64,000 nucleotides of DNA from the NCBI RefSeq assembly GCF_018350175.1, contig NC_058368.1, positions 154,444,001-154,508,000 of the forward strand, given 5' to 3'. The notes beneath the pieces were generated by a model. It was not told the origin of the DNA. It saw only the letters and a list, made by a program, of their open reading frames with translations, and ran no database searches. The translations under genes and the position numbers were made by a program. The first letter of the stretch is position 1. Each line of letters starts with the position of its first letter. The stretch is from Felis catus. Its lineage: Eukaryota. Below are positions 13,277-26,330 of the stretch, piece after piece.

Positions 13277-14094
13277 ATAAATAACATAATTATTTTTATT
13301 AACTAACTTTTGGATCTTAATATAGTTTTTTTTTTTTAAATGTTTGGCTGCAAACTCTTTAATTGCTTCTTCAGGTGAAAACAATTTTATAATGTTTTCT
13401 ATGGAGAGATGAAGAGATAATTTACTACCTTCCCTACAACGTTTGGTCAATTATTATTATTATTAATTATTATTACGGTTGTGTGCAGGCTAGGAATCCT
13501 CATTTCAGCTTCAAAGCTCAATATTGGCAATGCTATATGCATTTTTAGAATTGCTTTTACATTGTGGAATAACTTCATCAACCTTGTTTTGTATATAAGC
13601 TGTATAATTTAGAGAATTTTCCAGAGACTAGATTCTCTCCCCATGTATGTGATACATTTATTTTTTGGTTTTATTTTGTGGTTTTAGGTTTCTAAAATTT
13701 GTTAATATTATCATACAACCTCTGGCTCTTAGGCCTTTGGTTCATAATATTGGAACAATCAGCAATAACTTAACTATTCACAGAAGACATTGGAAATCAC
13801 TTAGCTATGCCCATTATACCAAAAATAAATGTATCTACAACTTAGCTTTTCCTTAGCACAATATTCCAAATGCCCATCCTCAGATGTCAACTATTATTGA
13901 GGGAAAGTAAAAGGGAAAGGAGGCAGATGTCTTAATCGACTGCAGTTAAAGTGTCCTATTTTTCCAAATTTTAAAAATTCCATGACCAAATAAATATGTT
14001 ATGGGGTTCCTCCCATGACCTTGGAAGGTCAGTGCAAATGAGGGTCCCTGAAGCTGAAATAAGCATCATTTGCTTCACAGTAAAACCACTTCTG
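13277..14094 (-). mobile_element. Zaphod/MER115-like hAT-Tip100 DNA transposon fossil with transposase C-terminal remnant
   Basis: ORF 13208-13450(-) contains LSIENIIKLFSPEEAIKEFAAK, like the hAT dimerisation-domain C-terminus; terminal gtccctgaagctg...gcttcacagtaaaaccacttctg resembles the Zaphod/MER115 end. Confidence 0.7.
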
Positions 14095-15020
14095 ACTACA
14101 TTAGATTTGAATGTAGTCATTTTTCTTTCAAAGACTCACTCTCAGTTGATATATATGATGTGCTATTCTCCATGTGCGGTGATTAAAATAAAGCCAAACC
14201 ATCCTTCCAACCAGTATTGGTGAAATTGCTAATTGAGATTATTAGCACAGTCTGTGAACATATTGCCTTAATTGGGTGTTCTTACTAAATAAGTTATTTG
14301 GTCAAGAATAGTGTATTTTAGAAGTGGAAGGAATTGTCTGGATAGTTTTCAAAATTGTAAATTTTGTTAAAGGCATGATTCGTAATGGGAAAATACCCAG
14401 CTGCTTTTTTATATACCATAGTGATTTTATTATATCATTTCCTCTAACTAAATCTAAACGCATAATAAATCTAACTTTTGGTATACTTTTATATAAATAT
14501 TTTCCCCATCCCTCAACTATGAGATATATCCCTTTGTTTAAATGGAAAATAACAAACACACTCACCAGTCCATATTGACTCTATAAATAAACTTTTAGAG
14601 TAATTTTTCTTAAGAATTCTAGAAACTAAGTTGGGTTTGACAGTAATGTGGTCAAATGGAATGGAGTAGATCGTGTAACTTCAACACTCTAGCTTCATTT
14701 TCATTGAAAAAAAAAATGTTTCCTCTAATGTCAGCTTGAGGACAGAAGAAATAACAAAAGGCACTTATGGGAATGAGAATATGGTGGCTAAAGCCATGTG
14801 AATCTAACAAATTATCCCTTGGGATGAGTCACACGTAAAAGTGAGAGTTTCTATGTTCCTGTGAAAAGTGGGTTTCAGTTTGTTTAAATTGAGGCAAATA
14901 TAAATTTTACATTTTTTTCCTCAAGTTTTTGTGTTAAAGATGTACTTCACACCCCAGAAATGTAATGTTTCTTTTCAGTGTACCTTCTATATGTTTCAAA
15001 AGATGTGAATATACTCCATC

Positions 15021-15024
15021 AAAA

Positions 15025-15088
<64 letters not shown>

Positions 15089-15108
15089 AAAGAAAGAAAG
15101 AAAGAAAA
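15021..15108. repeat. (GAAA)n tetranucleotide STR
   Basis: About 16 GAAA units, one extra A, then 4 GAAA units. Confidence 0.97.
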
Positions 15109-15171
15109 TAGCTCTTTCACTTTAAACTAATTGAATCAACCTAGGTAGCCTTGAATGGATGTGATAGGAGG

Positions 15172-15207
15172 ATATATATATATGTATATATATATATATA
15201 CATATAC

Positions 15208-15260
<53 letters not shown>
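15172..15260. repeat. (TA)n/(TACA) microsatellite
   Basis: Direct reading. Confidence 0.95.
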
Positions 15261-15263
<3 letters not shown>

Positions 15264-17053
15264 TCACATCCCAAATTTAGAGGTTTTTCTCCCAAAGAAT
15301 GATCAAGCAAACATAAAGAATAACATGAGACAGTATTTTGAAAACAGAAGCACTTGAGAAATATTTTCCATTTTTGAAATAGGATAACTATTTGCCAAAT
15401 GTTTAAGTTGGGTGACTGCTACAATATTTAAATTTTTGTATGAAATTAGCAGTCTTTTGGCAAAAAAAATTACACAAGACAACTGCCAGATTAAAATACA
15501 TACACTCAATCTGTCCTTTAACTCACCACTCATCCTCTCCTCCTGTTTTTTTTTTCTTTTTCTTTCTTATTCCTTTAATCAGAGAAGAGTGCCTTTTTTT
15601 ATAATAAGAAATGGAAATAAATTCTAAATGTGTAAAAACTGAACAAAGAGATTAATTACAGACCATTCTGAGTTTATTAAAAGCATTCTGCTGTGATTTT
15701 TTAAATCCAGGAAAATATATTTCTTGTTTATAGACAATCCAAAATAACTGAGTACGAGCATATGTTTATGCATCATCTTTTAAGTGTCCACATTGTAAGT
15801 GTACATTTGCTAATATTCCAGTTAGTTATAATATTAGTTATAAGACAAATGGAAGAAATAATTGTTATAACTTAAATCTGATAGTTTTTAAAATAACTGT
15901 ATGAGGCCTTGAACAATTTGACCTTTTCCATCTCAGGATTTTCTTGAAAAGCAATTCTTTTATGTATACTCAGAGAGAGACACACATGTACACATATATT
16001 TTAAAGGGATTACAAATTATTATTATACATGCACTATATGTATTTTTAACCAGCTTTTTGCAATATATTCACCATTTCATCATATCACTGGATATTCTTT
16101 TGTGTATTGTTTTTAGTGCTGATTTATTTTTCAATATGTAGATATGCCATAATTTATTTAATCAGAGACCCCCTTGTTGAACTTTCTTTGTTCATGATGA
16201 TTCTCTATCACATAACCAGAATGAATATATGTAAATATGTTTAAATATGTAAACATTTCTGATTATTTCCCTATATGGTTACTTAAAAACTATTTACTAG
16301 TTAGAAGCAAATGACATCCTAATGTTTGTAGTCTATGAGAATGCCACTTTCCAGCACATTCACAAATACTGTGTATATTATATTTTAATTATGTAGTTGA
16401 AAAAAATATCTTAAATATATTATAATCCTTTTCAATGAATTTATTGCTTCTATTGTTGACTCATGCCCTTTGCCAATTTTTCAACTGATGTTCTTGTCCC
16501 CCTTAATTTGACTAGTACAAACAATTTTCATGTGGATTTTTTCCCCCATTTATTCTACTTTTTCAAAATGGGGATACATACCTTTCTCCAATTCTGGCAA
16601 AAAAAAAAATTCAGCCTTCATCACTTTTTATATTTCCATTAACCTTATCTTACCAGTGTCTTTTAACTATATTGATATAATTGGATTATTATCCATTTTC
16701 CATGTCCTAACATGCTTTTGATATTACATGGGTATACTGCTGGCCATTTTATTAAAGGTAAAAGATCAAGTTATTGTTAGTCTGTGTCCTTTTTTCTTAG
16801 TTTCTTTTCTTAGTTTCAAATCTAAATAAGTTTGTAGAAGTGGTAAAATAATTAGGTGAGGTAAGGGTGATGATCTATATGATACCTGAATGCAGTCTCA
16901 AATGGAAAATTTAGAAATTTCATCCGTATGCAGCAAAATTTGTGAATCATGTCAAATCTTGAAAAGTCACCATTTGGTTTTATGTAGACATCCTCAGGCT
17001 TTTTGGTATGGAAAAGTCATTATACTCTAAATAAAGTAACATCGTTCATTTTT

Positions 17054-17261
17054 TAAAGGTTTTTGTTTATTTATATTGAGAGAGAGAGAGAGAGAGACAG
17101 AGAGAGAGACAGAGAGACAGAGAGGGGAAAGGACAATCCCAAGCAGGCTCCGCTCTGTCAATGCAGAGCCTGACACGGAGCTCGATCTCACAAACTGAAA
17201 TCAAGATCTGAGCTGAAATCAAGGGTCGGACACTTAGCAGACTGAGCCACTCAGACGAGTC
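17054..17261 (-). mobile_element. Can-SINE nested in Charlie1
   Basis: (GA)n body, aatcccaagcaggctcc, ctgagccactcag; TSD taacatcgttcattttt / taacatagttcgttttt. Confidence 0.93.
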
Positions 17262-18383
17262 TAACATAGTTCGTTTTTAAGATGTCAAGTAGCCAAGGTG
17301 GAATACTACAGTTTCTTTTTTAGCCATTCTTGTAAGTAAAAATCATTTTCCATGAAAATAGTATCTACTATCACAGCTCAATAGCTCAATCACACAAGGG
17401 TTGTTTTTGTTTTTTCCCCAAACAAGTATTATACTTTGTTCACATGCAACAAAGTCTTTATATACTGCCCATTTTGTCAGATATATAAAATAATCTGTAC
17501 TCAAGGGTTGAACTGTAACAGAATTATTTTTACTACTTAATCAAGGACATTCTTGAGGGTAACAGTCACTTCTTTTCCTGTGAGGGCGCAGTGATAAAGA
17601 AAACAACACTGGTGCAGTTACCGTTACTGCTTTGATTGACACGGAAGCACCAATACTTTCACCTACCATTAGTGCCAATGTCCCCCGCACAAATGATGGG
17701 ACGAACCATAAGATTCTAAGAGATTATTCAACACCTTGACTATTTATTTTTATGTTTGTTATCAATCATTTACATAACAAGGTCCAGCCACGTCTGAAAA
17801 TTCATTCATTTGTAGGTATAGCTCTGCAAGTGAGATATGTACAGAGTCTTCATGTTTACAGATGAGTAATTTATCAACATACTGAATCAATGGGGAGTGG
17901 CACTGCTGTGATTTTGTTTATTAACTGTTCATCCAGCAAACATTCAGTAGCGCCAACTGTACAAGATATTTTTAGTCTTTCAGCAATCCAGTAGTTCTCT
18001 AAGCCAACACAGTACAATAACTTACTCTTTAAGACATCTCAGGAGTTAATTTCGAATTTGAAAAGCTCCAACAAGAGCGTATGTTATCTATGTTTACAAT
18101 ATTAAATTTCTTTCAGTTATAAATGGTTAATCTTAATATTATGTCACCTCATAGCCGATAACATATACTAGGCAAATGTGTCCTGTTACCTGAGATACAA
18201 TAAACTCAAGTACTGACATCTATAGTCCCAACATAAATGCAAATTTCATCATATTTTTATTTTTTGTGTGTAGTTTCACCAGTGTCTTTCTAATCATCCC
18301 TTCCTTCTCACAAGTCAGATAATTCTCTGATATTTAAGTTTCATTTTTTTTTCAGCATCTTCAGTTGGTGCAGCGACTTCCCT

Positions 18384-18486
18384 CGTGTTCAGCGCAAAGT
18401 GAGGCTTGATCTCATGACAGTGAGATCATGACCTGAGCTGAAATCAAGAGTTTGCTGGTTAACTGACTGTGCCACCCAGACACCCC
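18384..18486 (-). mobile_element. Can-SINE head only (3' half and tail missing)
   Basis: gagatcatgacctgagctgaaatcaagag...gactgtgccacccagacacccc; no CT-rich region or tail. Confidence 0.85.
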
Positions 18487-19329
18487 TAAAAATAGTTTTG
18501 ATCTTGTGCAACCATTCACTACAAGGGTCTCAGGTGCCTCACTTTATTTTTCAGGTACCTCACTTTTAGAAACACTAGTGTAATGGAATAGTTGAATAGA
18601 AATTTAGTATTTTATTCTAATTATCTGTTTTATCATTTCTATTCTCTAGTCCACTCTGTGCCTATTCTGTGTGTTGCTTAGACAAATTTAAACATTATCA
18701 CATGAGTATTAAATATGTCTACATTTCGCTCAACACAGGAACTAATTCAGAAATGCAAAATGAACTTTTAGATATACAAGCAAGGACTAGAAAAAAAACC
18801 TACTTGACTTTTTTCAGTAATTTTTAAAATGCATGAATTAAAATAGTTTTTTACATCCTTAAATGTGATTTAATGATAACCTATACATGACATTTTTTGC
18901 TCCAGATGAACACATCTTTAATCATGTAGTAAAAAATAAAGCAGGGATATAAACTAGTATTCATTTTATAGAAGTATGTTTTAAAATGGTTGCTGGAAAA
19001 TATTTCAAAAACAAAGAAATATCTGAAATTGGTTTGATAAAATCTGAAAAGGGAAAAAGAGTGGGCAAGAGACACTAGAATGAAAACAGAAATTATGATA
19101 AAATAGCAACAAAAGAAAAATGAAAAAAAAGAGTCTTTGATAACTGTATGATATGTTTATAACTGATTATGCCAATATTTTTCATAAGAAGTAATAGTTA
19201 AGTATAATGCTTAGACTCATGTTTATGTATTATAATGTATTACTGATGAAAAATTTAGTAACACAGACAAAAGGTATGGGAAACTAGGTAAGAACTCTAA
19301 ACCTCAGCAAAAGTCCATTAGACCAAGGG

Positions 19330-19867
19330 AGAGTCAATCATAAAACTAAAAACAAGAACAAAAACCAGTGTGCCAATCTTTCTTGAGAGAATCTTTGTAC
19401 TATAAGTTGTGACTTCAGGGCATCAATGTTTTGGCTTGGTTTGTTTTGTTTTCTGCCACCATTGTGGAGAGAGGCCTAATGGCAGGAATATCACCCTCTA
19501 ACACACCATGCGTCACGCTGGCAGATGCCTTCATAATTCAGAAGACAAACGAGGCCCTATCTTCTATTATGTTAGACTCTTTCTACTGGACTCTTTCTAC
19601 TGGACATAAAATTGGCAGAATTTTATGGCCATCACTATTTTGCCTACCATATGGATAAAATGAGCCTGAAATATGAAGTCCAGAAGGGGCAAGAGTTAAG
19701 CTGAGTGGTGACGTGGAGAAACTGACAGAGATCTAGTGCTATCAACTCTATTTGATACAGCCTCTGTCTTCAACTTTCCATTTAGGAGAGTTACTACTAA
19801 TTTCTTACTTCAAATAAGTTGGGTTTTAGTTTCCTTCACTTCCAACAAAATAACCCAAGCTAATACA
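19330..19867 (+). mobile_element. Ancient MaLR LTR (MLT1K/L-like)
   Basis: gccaccattgtggagagagg...ttgggttttagtttccttcacttccaacaaaataacccaagctaataca, an MLT1-type 3' end. Confidence 0.5.
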
Positions 19868-20133
19868 ATAATTCATTTCATTTATTTCCATGACAAACAC
19901 CTCAATAGAGTTATAAGACAAATTTAGTAGAAGATAACTTCCTTTTGAGGGTTGTAAGTTGAATTAATGAATCCCCCCCCCCACCTTTCCAATACCATTT
20001 TTCAAATCCCAGAACATGGAATCTTAAGCTATATTTCAATCTATTACAATGGGGTGGGGGATTTATACAAGAAGTATGGCTTTTTCAGCTAAAGCTGTTT
20101 CATTAAATCCTGTAGGGAGATGTGTTAAACATA

Positions 20134-20136
<3 letters not shown>

Positions 20137-20187
<51 letters not shown>
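20137..20187. repeat. (TG)n microsatellite, about 25 units
   Basis: Direct reading. Confidence 0.97.
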
Positions 20188-20189
<2 letters not shown>

Positions 20190-21494
20190 CCAAGAATAAA
20201 TACTTCTTTCCTCCTTTGAGATAAATATCCCAAATACTAGGGTCCTAAATCCTATATGTTAGTCATAGAAGACAAATTTTTATGATTTTTTGACACATTT
20301 GTACTGCTAGACTTCACTTAAGCATATGAAGCACACATGTTACCCTGACAGCAAAGAAATGAAAATTATGCACTATATATATATTTTCAGTGGCATCTTT
20401 GTAGACCTTGCCAGTATGTGAACTGTTAGAACATGGCTGAATGTCAATTCTGTGCAGGAATTTTAAAGCAGGTTTATTATAGTGATGAATATATTTGGTC
20501 ATAAATTTTAGTAGGCAGAAAAAGCAAACTTTCTCCAAACATGAAATTTTATAAATAGCCATTAATTGTTCAATATAGCAAGGCTTTTGAATTCTGGACA
20601 TTTTATTAATACTGATATGGCTCTCCAGTGGTTTTCTTCCTTAAGAAAAAATGTAATGTATCCTTTATTTTAACATTATGAGATTCAGTATGTAATTTCA
20701 GTAGTGACCTCTTCTGTCAGACTATCTCAAGAAAACACAGTTTAAAATAGCACTGTATGACCTTAAGTGATTTAGAAGGTTCTTTAGAGCAAAGAGTTCA
20801 TCAATAAATGAGATTAACCAATTTTAATAAGTATTGAAAACATCTTCACAGATGTATTATTTCATTCTCTGCCGCACTGACACTGCTCTCATTTTTTTTG
20901 TCAAGATTGACACTAAAATCATAGCTAATATAGACAATTTTCAGGTTTGAAATAAATTGGATGGGCCAAATTTTTTAGACCATGTCCAAGTTTTTTTTTT
21001 CTTTAGTACTGACATTTAATTAAATTCTTAGTAAATGCACTAATATTCATTATTAAAGCAAAATATGTATTAGTCAAAAGGAAAACTCATTTCACAAATA
21101 TGGGATTTGGGTGAATATAATTCACTTACCTATCTACAACTGCAAACAGACATTCACATGCAATTGTAAAAATGAGATAATTCTGTGGCAGAAAATCTGA
21201 AATAGGTGTAGTATCCATAGGACAAAACTTTATTTGTATGAATGAAGTGTAGTAGCATACAGTTTTATCCGTGGCACAGAGTTCCCTCCAGCTCATTTTT
21301 TAACCAACTGTAGGCTGTGGCTTTTGTCCTCATGTACCAAAACAGCTGACCTACCATATCATCATTCTAAGAAGTGGAAAAGAATCACTACTAACTAAAA
21401 ATATAACATGATCCGTATATATATGCGCGTGTTTATGTATATATATAAATATGTATATTGTGTATATGCATTATACCTGTATGTTATATATACA

Positions 21495-21724
21495 GTTATA
21501 AATTTTCAATGTCCTACATTAAAAAGTAACAAGGAAAATTAATTTTCATGATGCCATTTCAATATGCAATCAGAATAAAATGTTTTGAATAAGAAATACT
21601 ACTTTATTTTTCCATACAAAGACTTGGAAATTTTTATGTATTTTACCCTTATAGCATTTCTCAATTCAAACTGGTCCCATACCAAGTCTTTAGCCTTTGG
21701 CTAATGGTTACCATATCAGACACT
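21495..21724 (+). mobile_element. MER33-like hAT MITE
   Basis: acattaaaaagtaacaag...catttcaatatgcaatc...ttatagcatttctcaattcaaactgg...ggctaatggttaccatat. Confidence 0.6.
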
Positions 21725-21938
21725 TTCCATCTAAGATTGGAAGCAATGCAAACATGCTAACGCTCATCACTTCTAAGCAAAATTGTTCTGAAGGCTAGAT
21801 AGTTCAATAGATAAGAAAAAAATGTTTTAAAGATGGGAAATAAAGGAATGAAACTGCTTTTAAACATAGATGACATGATTATCTATATAAAAATCTCACC
21901 AAATTCTTCAGCCCTTCTCTCATGTGTGCGTACGCGCA

Positions 21939-21975
<37 letters not shown>

Positions 21976-22160
21976 CCCTCCTGTAATGAGTACAGCAGGG
22001 TTGCAGGATATAAGATTAATATACAAAAGCAAATTGCTTTTGTGTACATCAGCAGTGATTTTTCAACTGGAATTGGAAATTAGTGATTTTGTCTTTGTCT
22101 TGGAAAATAATTTTTTTCATTTTTAAAGCTCAATAATGAAATATCTCAGGGTAGAAAATT
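21725..22160 (+). mobile_element. Old LINE-1 RT fragment with embedded (CA)n
   Basis: ORF 21833-22126 LLLNIDDMIIYIK corresponds to the L1 FADDMIxY motif; gttgcaggatataagattaatatacaaaa. Confidence 0.75.
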
Positions 22161-24333
22161 CAATATTCCCAGGTATGTGGCAGGAACTTTGAATTTCATA
22201 TTGTATTATTTTGTCACATGAATGCTTTAATTCTAGTTTTAAATGTTAACTTGGTTCTATTAGTTTGTCTGTCTGCTTCAGGTACTACCAAATCCTGATG
22301 GCTCTTCTTTCTTATTTGCTGTCTTATGCATCTATTACTTTCTTATAAGTTCTGTTTTTTATTATTATTAATGTTTATTTTGTCTTATTTTTTCTCTGAA
22401 TATCTGTTACTGTACTTTTATTTGTATTAATTATTCTTCAATTTTATCTTCATTTCTGAGATATATTGAAAAATATTTCTTTCTTTAGATCAGTCAGTTC
22501 CATTTCACATCTTTTTGTTTTTGTTTTTTGAATTTCTGATTCACATTGTTACTTTGCTTTTTCAATTTCTTATTATTTTTAAGTTCAACCTGTGTTTTGT
22601 GTTTTTTATTATACTTCATGACTTGAAGTAAGTGATGTGCTTTAACCTAAGAGTTTTTATTATTTTTACTTTTCAGAGTATTTTTATGTGTATGTTGGGT
22701 TTTACTTGTCTTTGTCATACTTGTTTTTGGATTCTCCTGTACCAGTAATTGAAGGATACTTCCGAAAGAGCAGAGGTGGTTTTTCTGATGTCTAAATTCA
22801 AGGCCTTCCCCTCTGCTACAAAATAAAAGCTGCTATAAAGGACAGTTTTTTGTTTAAAATATAGGACACTTCTTTCTTTTGTGTTACATCTCCTAATTCT
22901 TTGCTTCTCTCTTGTCTCAGTAGGGTCATCTTCATTTGCTCCTTTCTTTCTTTTTACCACCCAGGACACCCAAGGATACCTCTAACTTCAAAAGTGTCTG
23001 CCTTTCACAGAGGCTTTGACTTCTTAAGTTGGCCATCTCTGGTCCTATGCATTTTCCAAGCTCTTTACTTACAACTTACCAATAGTGAGTGGTCTAACCT
23101 GCCATGTTTCCCTCTAGAATGATGCCTTCTATGTCTGAAGGTGAACTGTAGTTGGTAATGCCTGTGTTCTGTCACCAGATGACCCTGTTACACTCCTCTT
23201 TCACTTCCATTCAGTACCCCATATCCCCATCTGGATGGGATCTGGAGTTAGTTTTTCGGGTCTTGGGTATTTATATTCCGTGTTGAAAAATAAATTGATT
23301 TCTATCACCCTGTGAAGTTCAAGATTTAGCTGTTTTGTTTTTCGTGATGTCTTCTAATTTAATAGAAAATTCAAAAACATTAGATTATAGAATGTTACCA
23401 TATTCTCCTACATGAACCCAGAAACTTCTGCATATTTATTACTTAAGAGTACAAAATAGACATAGCTCCAAAGTAACATTTTTTGGCCTCATTAATTCTA
23501 GATAATATCTACACTGTATTTTACACCATGGATGTATTAAAATTTATTTTACTTTTGTTAAAGACTCTTAGTTAAACACAATGAGTTCACTCTGGTGTAT
23601 TTAAGCAAAAAGTTGATTTACTAATTTTTAATATGTAAAGTAACTATACAATTTACATCAGTCTTATTTTTAAGTCTTTTGCCCTGGGGATAATGTATAA
23701 TTGTTTTTACTCTCACTTTCACTGTCAGATATGTGCTTGTTGATGACAAAGTATATGGTCACCTAATTAATGGCTCATGCAATTTCCGGGGAGCTGGAGA
23801 AAGACATTTGAGACTACTCTTCTAGGAACAATACCCTAAACCACACTGCAGAACTGGCCTGATGATAATGCTGCTGTTCTGGTTCTGTCACCACCAAGCT
23901 TCAAAGGTCAGGCTTTCCACTTTATTGCAATAGCCACTGCCATCCACGACATTTTTCCCTCAGCAACTATACTGTGCATCTACTAACAACACTCAAGATC
24001 TGTCCTTACAGGGATGAAGACAGCTTCTCAACCAAGGACTATTTTGTCATGTTTTCCAATTCTGAATCAGGCTCCAGTGAGTGCACCTTCCTCCCCAGCA
24101 TACAAGTCAGAGCTTCCCTTTCAGTTAGGATGCAGGCAATTGTTCTAGGCTTTGCCAGTCATGCCCACTTACAGACACAAAATAAGTCTAATACTCCTTT
24201 AATGGTTGTTTCCTGGCTAGATTGGAAATGCCTCCCCTTAGGCAGACATACAGTTTCCTAAGATTTTTTTTCTCTTCCAAGTTATTTATTTACTTATTGA
24301 AGAGATATCTTTTTTTTTTAACATGTGTCTCTT

Positions 24334-24566
24334 GGGGTGCCTAAGTGGCTCAGTCAGTTAAGCATCTGACTCTTGATTTTGGCTCAGGTCATGAGTTCAT
24401 GGTTCATGAGATCAAGCCCCACAGGTAGTGAAAGCATAGAGCCTTCTTGGGATTCTCTCCTGCTCTTTCTGCCCCTACCCTGCTCATCCTCTCTCTCTCA
24501 AAATAAATAAACTTTAAAAAAATTTTAAAAGTAATAAAATAAAAAGATTTAAAAAAAGAAAACTCT
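24334..24566 (+). mobile_element. Can-SINE
   Basis: ggggtgcctaagtggctcagtcagttaagc head, ctcaggtcatga, long A-rich tail. Confidence 0.92.
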
Positions 24567-24584
24567 TTAAAAAGTGCTTCTCTT

Positions 24585-24688
24585 CACTAGGTGGTATATG
24601 TAAGTGATGAATCACTAATTTCTACTCCTGAAATCATAATTACACTACATGTTAACTAACTTGGATTTAAATTAAAAAAAATAATAAT
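24585..24688 (+). mobile_element. Extreme 5'-truncated carnivore L1 3' stub (~100 bp)
   Basis: gtaagtgatgaatcactaatttctactcctgaaatc...atgttaactaacttggatttaaa plus A-tail; the same text occurs at 45490-45570. Confidence 0.85.
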
Positions 24689-25499
24689 AATGCTTCTGTT
24701 AATTCCTTGGGGACCCACACATCAGTATCATTCCACTAATTATACACTTGAAATTCATCAAATATATGGTATATTAAAGAGCAAAATTCAGTATTCTTAA
24801 ATCCAGTATCATATGTCAAGAGTAGTTCATAAATTAAGCATGCCCAGAGAGTAACCCCCAGGGATTAAGTGAATCTTGAAGGCATTGAATTCATAGAAGT
24901 GGGGCAACAATAATAGATGGGAAGACTTAAAAAATGTGATAATTCTTTACTAAACCATAAAATGCTATTATATGTAAGGGAGGAGAGACTGTGTCTCTAT
25001 TAAAAGAGAGAATTAGCATGATGAGTTACATAGTAAAAAATTAACATTTCTAATTACTATATTTAAGTATTTTCTCTTTTTTTTTTTTTGCTGTTAACAG
25101 AATTCTTCTGTTCTACAGATTTTTCTTAATCCACAAAATGGTCTTTCAAATCTAAGACTAGGATGTGCTTCCCTGCAAAAGGCTTTAATTTTTAAAATAA
25201 CGAGAAAAAAAGATGTTTAACAAACAGTATTTTTGCATTAACTGGACCTACAATATCATCCACAGGACACTTTTTTCAAATCATTGGTAAGTCAGAGAAC
25301 CAAGAAAGTAGCACAATTTGAGTTTTTACATGACATAATGCCAGTTTATATACATGTACAACTAAATAAACATAGTTCTGAATTTGCCACAAACCTAATT
25401 GAGAATAAAGAAAGCATTCATCATGTAACAAAAGAGGTATGCGGCCAAAACCATCATTAGTTTTGATGAAAGTATAGAGATTTATATCACTAAGTAGTA

Positions 25500-26330
25500 C
25501 AATTATAATATTAACAAGAATGCTCCTAGGATGTAACAATGTAGGGAACCTTAGTTTTGTTGCCACCATACTTTTAAATTTTCACAGTGAGACTGGGCTT
25601 TTTCCTGCTGCTGGATGGAAATCTTAGGCAGGCTCCATGATTTCTCTTGTGTCATGTTTATGCAACTAAAGTCCTTATACTCACATTTTAGTAATTAAAT
25701 CAAATCACAGTTCAGTATCTAAACTTGCCATGGTTCTGTAAAAATCAAATCTCTGAATTGACTCTTAAGTTGTAGCTTTCCCTTTCCCAAACTCAGGGTG
25801 TTATGGGCCCTACTCAGGAAATATGAGGGTGTTGGTTTAGGACCCTCACTCCTTACTCAGGTTCTGATCCTCCTCTCACAATCCTTCGGAGTTGGAGGAA
25901 GGGTGGAGGGAGGAGAATAAAAATAAAGCAGAGCATGGAATTTCTTGCTTGACTCGCACTCTGCTGCTTATCCAGTAGCAGCCCTTTCTGGACTTGGAAA
26001 ATTTTTAAAGCGGACTATTTATTTTATAGGGAAGTCCTTGGGTGCAATGGAATCCCTCTTCCATTGCTTTTATCTGAAGCTCCCTCCAATGGATAAATGC
26101 AACTCTGTTCTGTGGGTCACCACCGGAAACCTATCTCTAGCTTCCTTCTCCTGAAGTTCTCTTATCCCTCCTGGAGGTTCTTTTGGACAGCTTTCAAGAA
26201 TGGTCTTCTTATAATTGGAAGAAAAAGCACTCTTCCACTGTTCCCACGAGTTCCGATGATGCATTTATTTCTCAAAACAGTTTTTTACTCTGCTACTATA
26301 GTTTGAAGTAGCTAACATGTAACCAGTTTG
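25500..26330 (-). mobile_element. Probable ancient LTR (Gypsy-type MamGypLTR/LTR85-88-like), tentative
   Basis: Reverse strand gcctgcctaagatttccatccagcagcaggaaaaagcccag...aaaactaagg resembles my recollection of eutherian Gypsy-like LTR 3' ends; unverified. Confidence 0.3.

Larger units (their letters stand above)
17030..18577 (-). mobile_element. Charlie1-type hAT DNA transposon fossil with degenerate transposase, carrying two SINE insertions
   Basis: Reverse strand gives hAT transposase-like text: ctacaaatgaatgaattttcagacgtggctggacctt (LQMNEFSDVAG, cf. LQxDESTD), gaatgtttgctggatgaa...atcacagcagtgccactc (ECLLDE..ITAVPL), aaggtgttgaataatctc (KVLNN), aagaatgtccttgat; Charlie1 terminus aaaatagttttgatc...aagggtctcagg...cacttttagaaacact at 18489-18577. 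Confidence 0.8.

Noticed and set aside
19575..19604. Short tandem duplications (also ~11858-11881, ~31955-32008, ~54757-54791)
   Set aside because: Ordinary slippage duplications with no further structure
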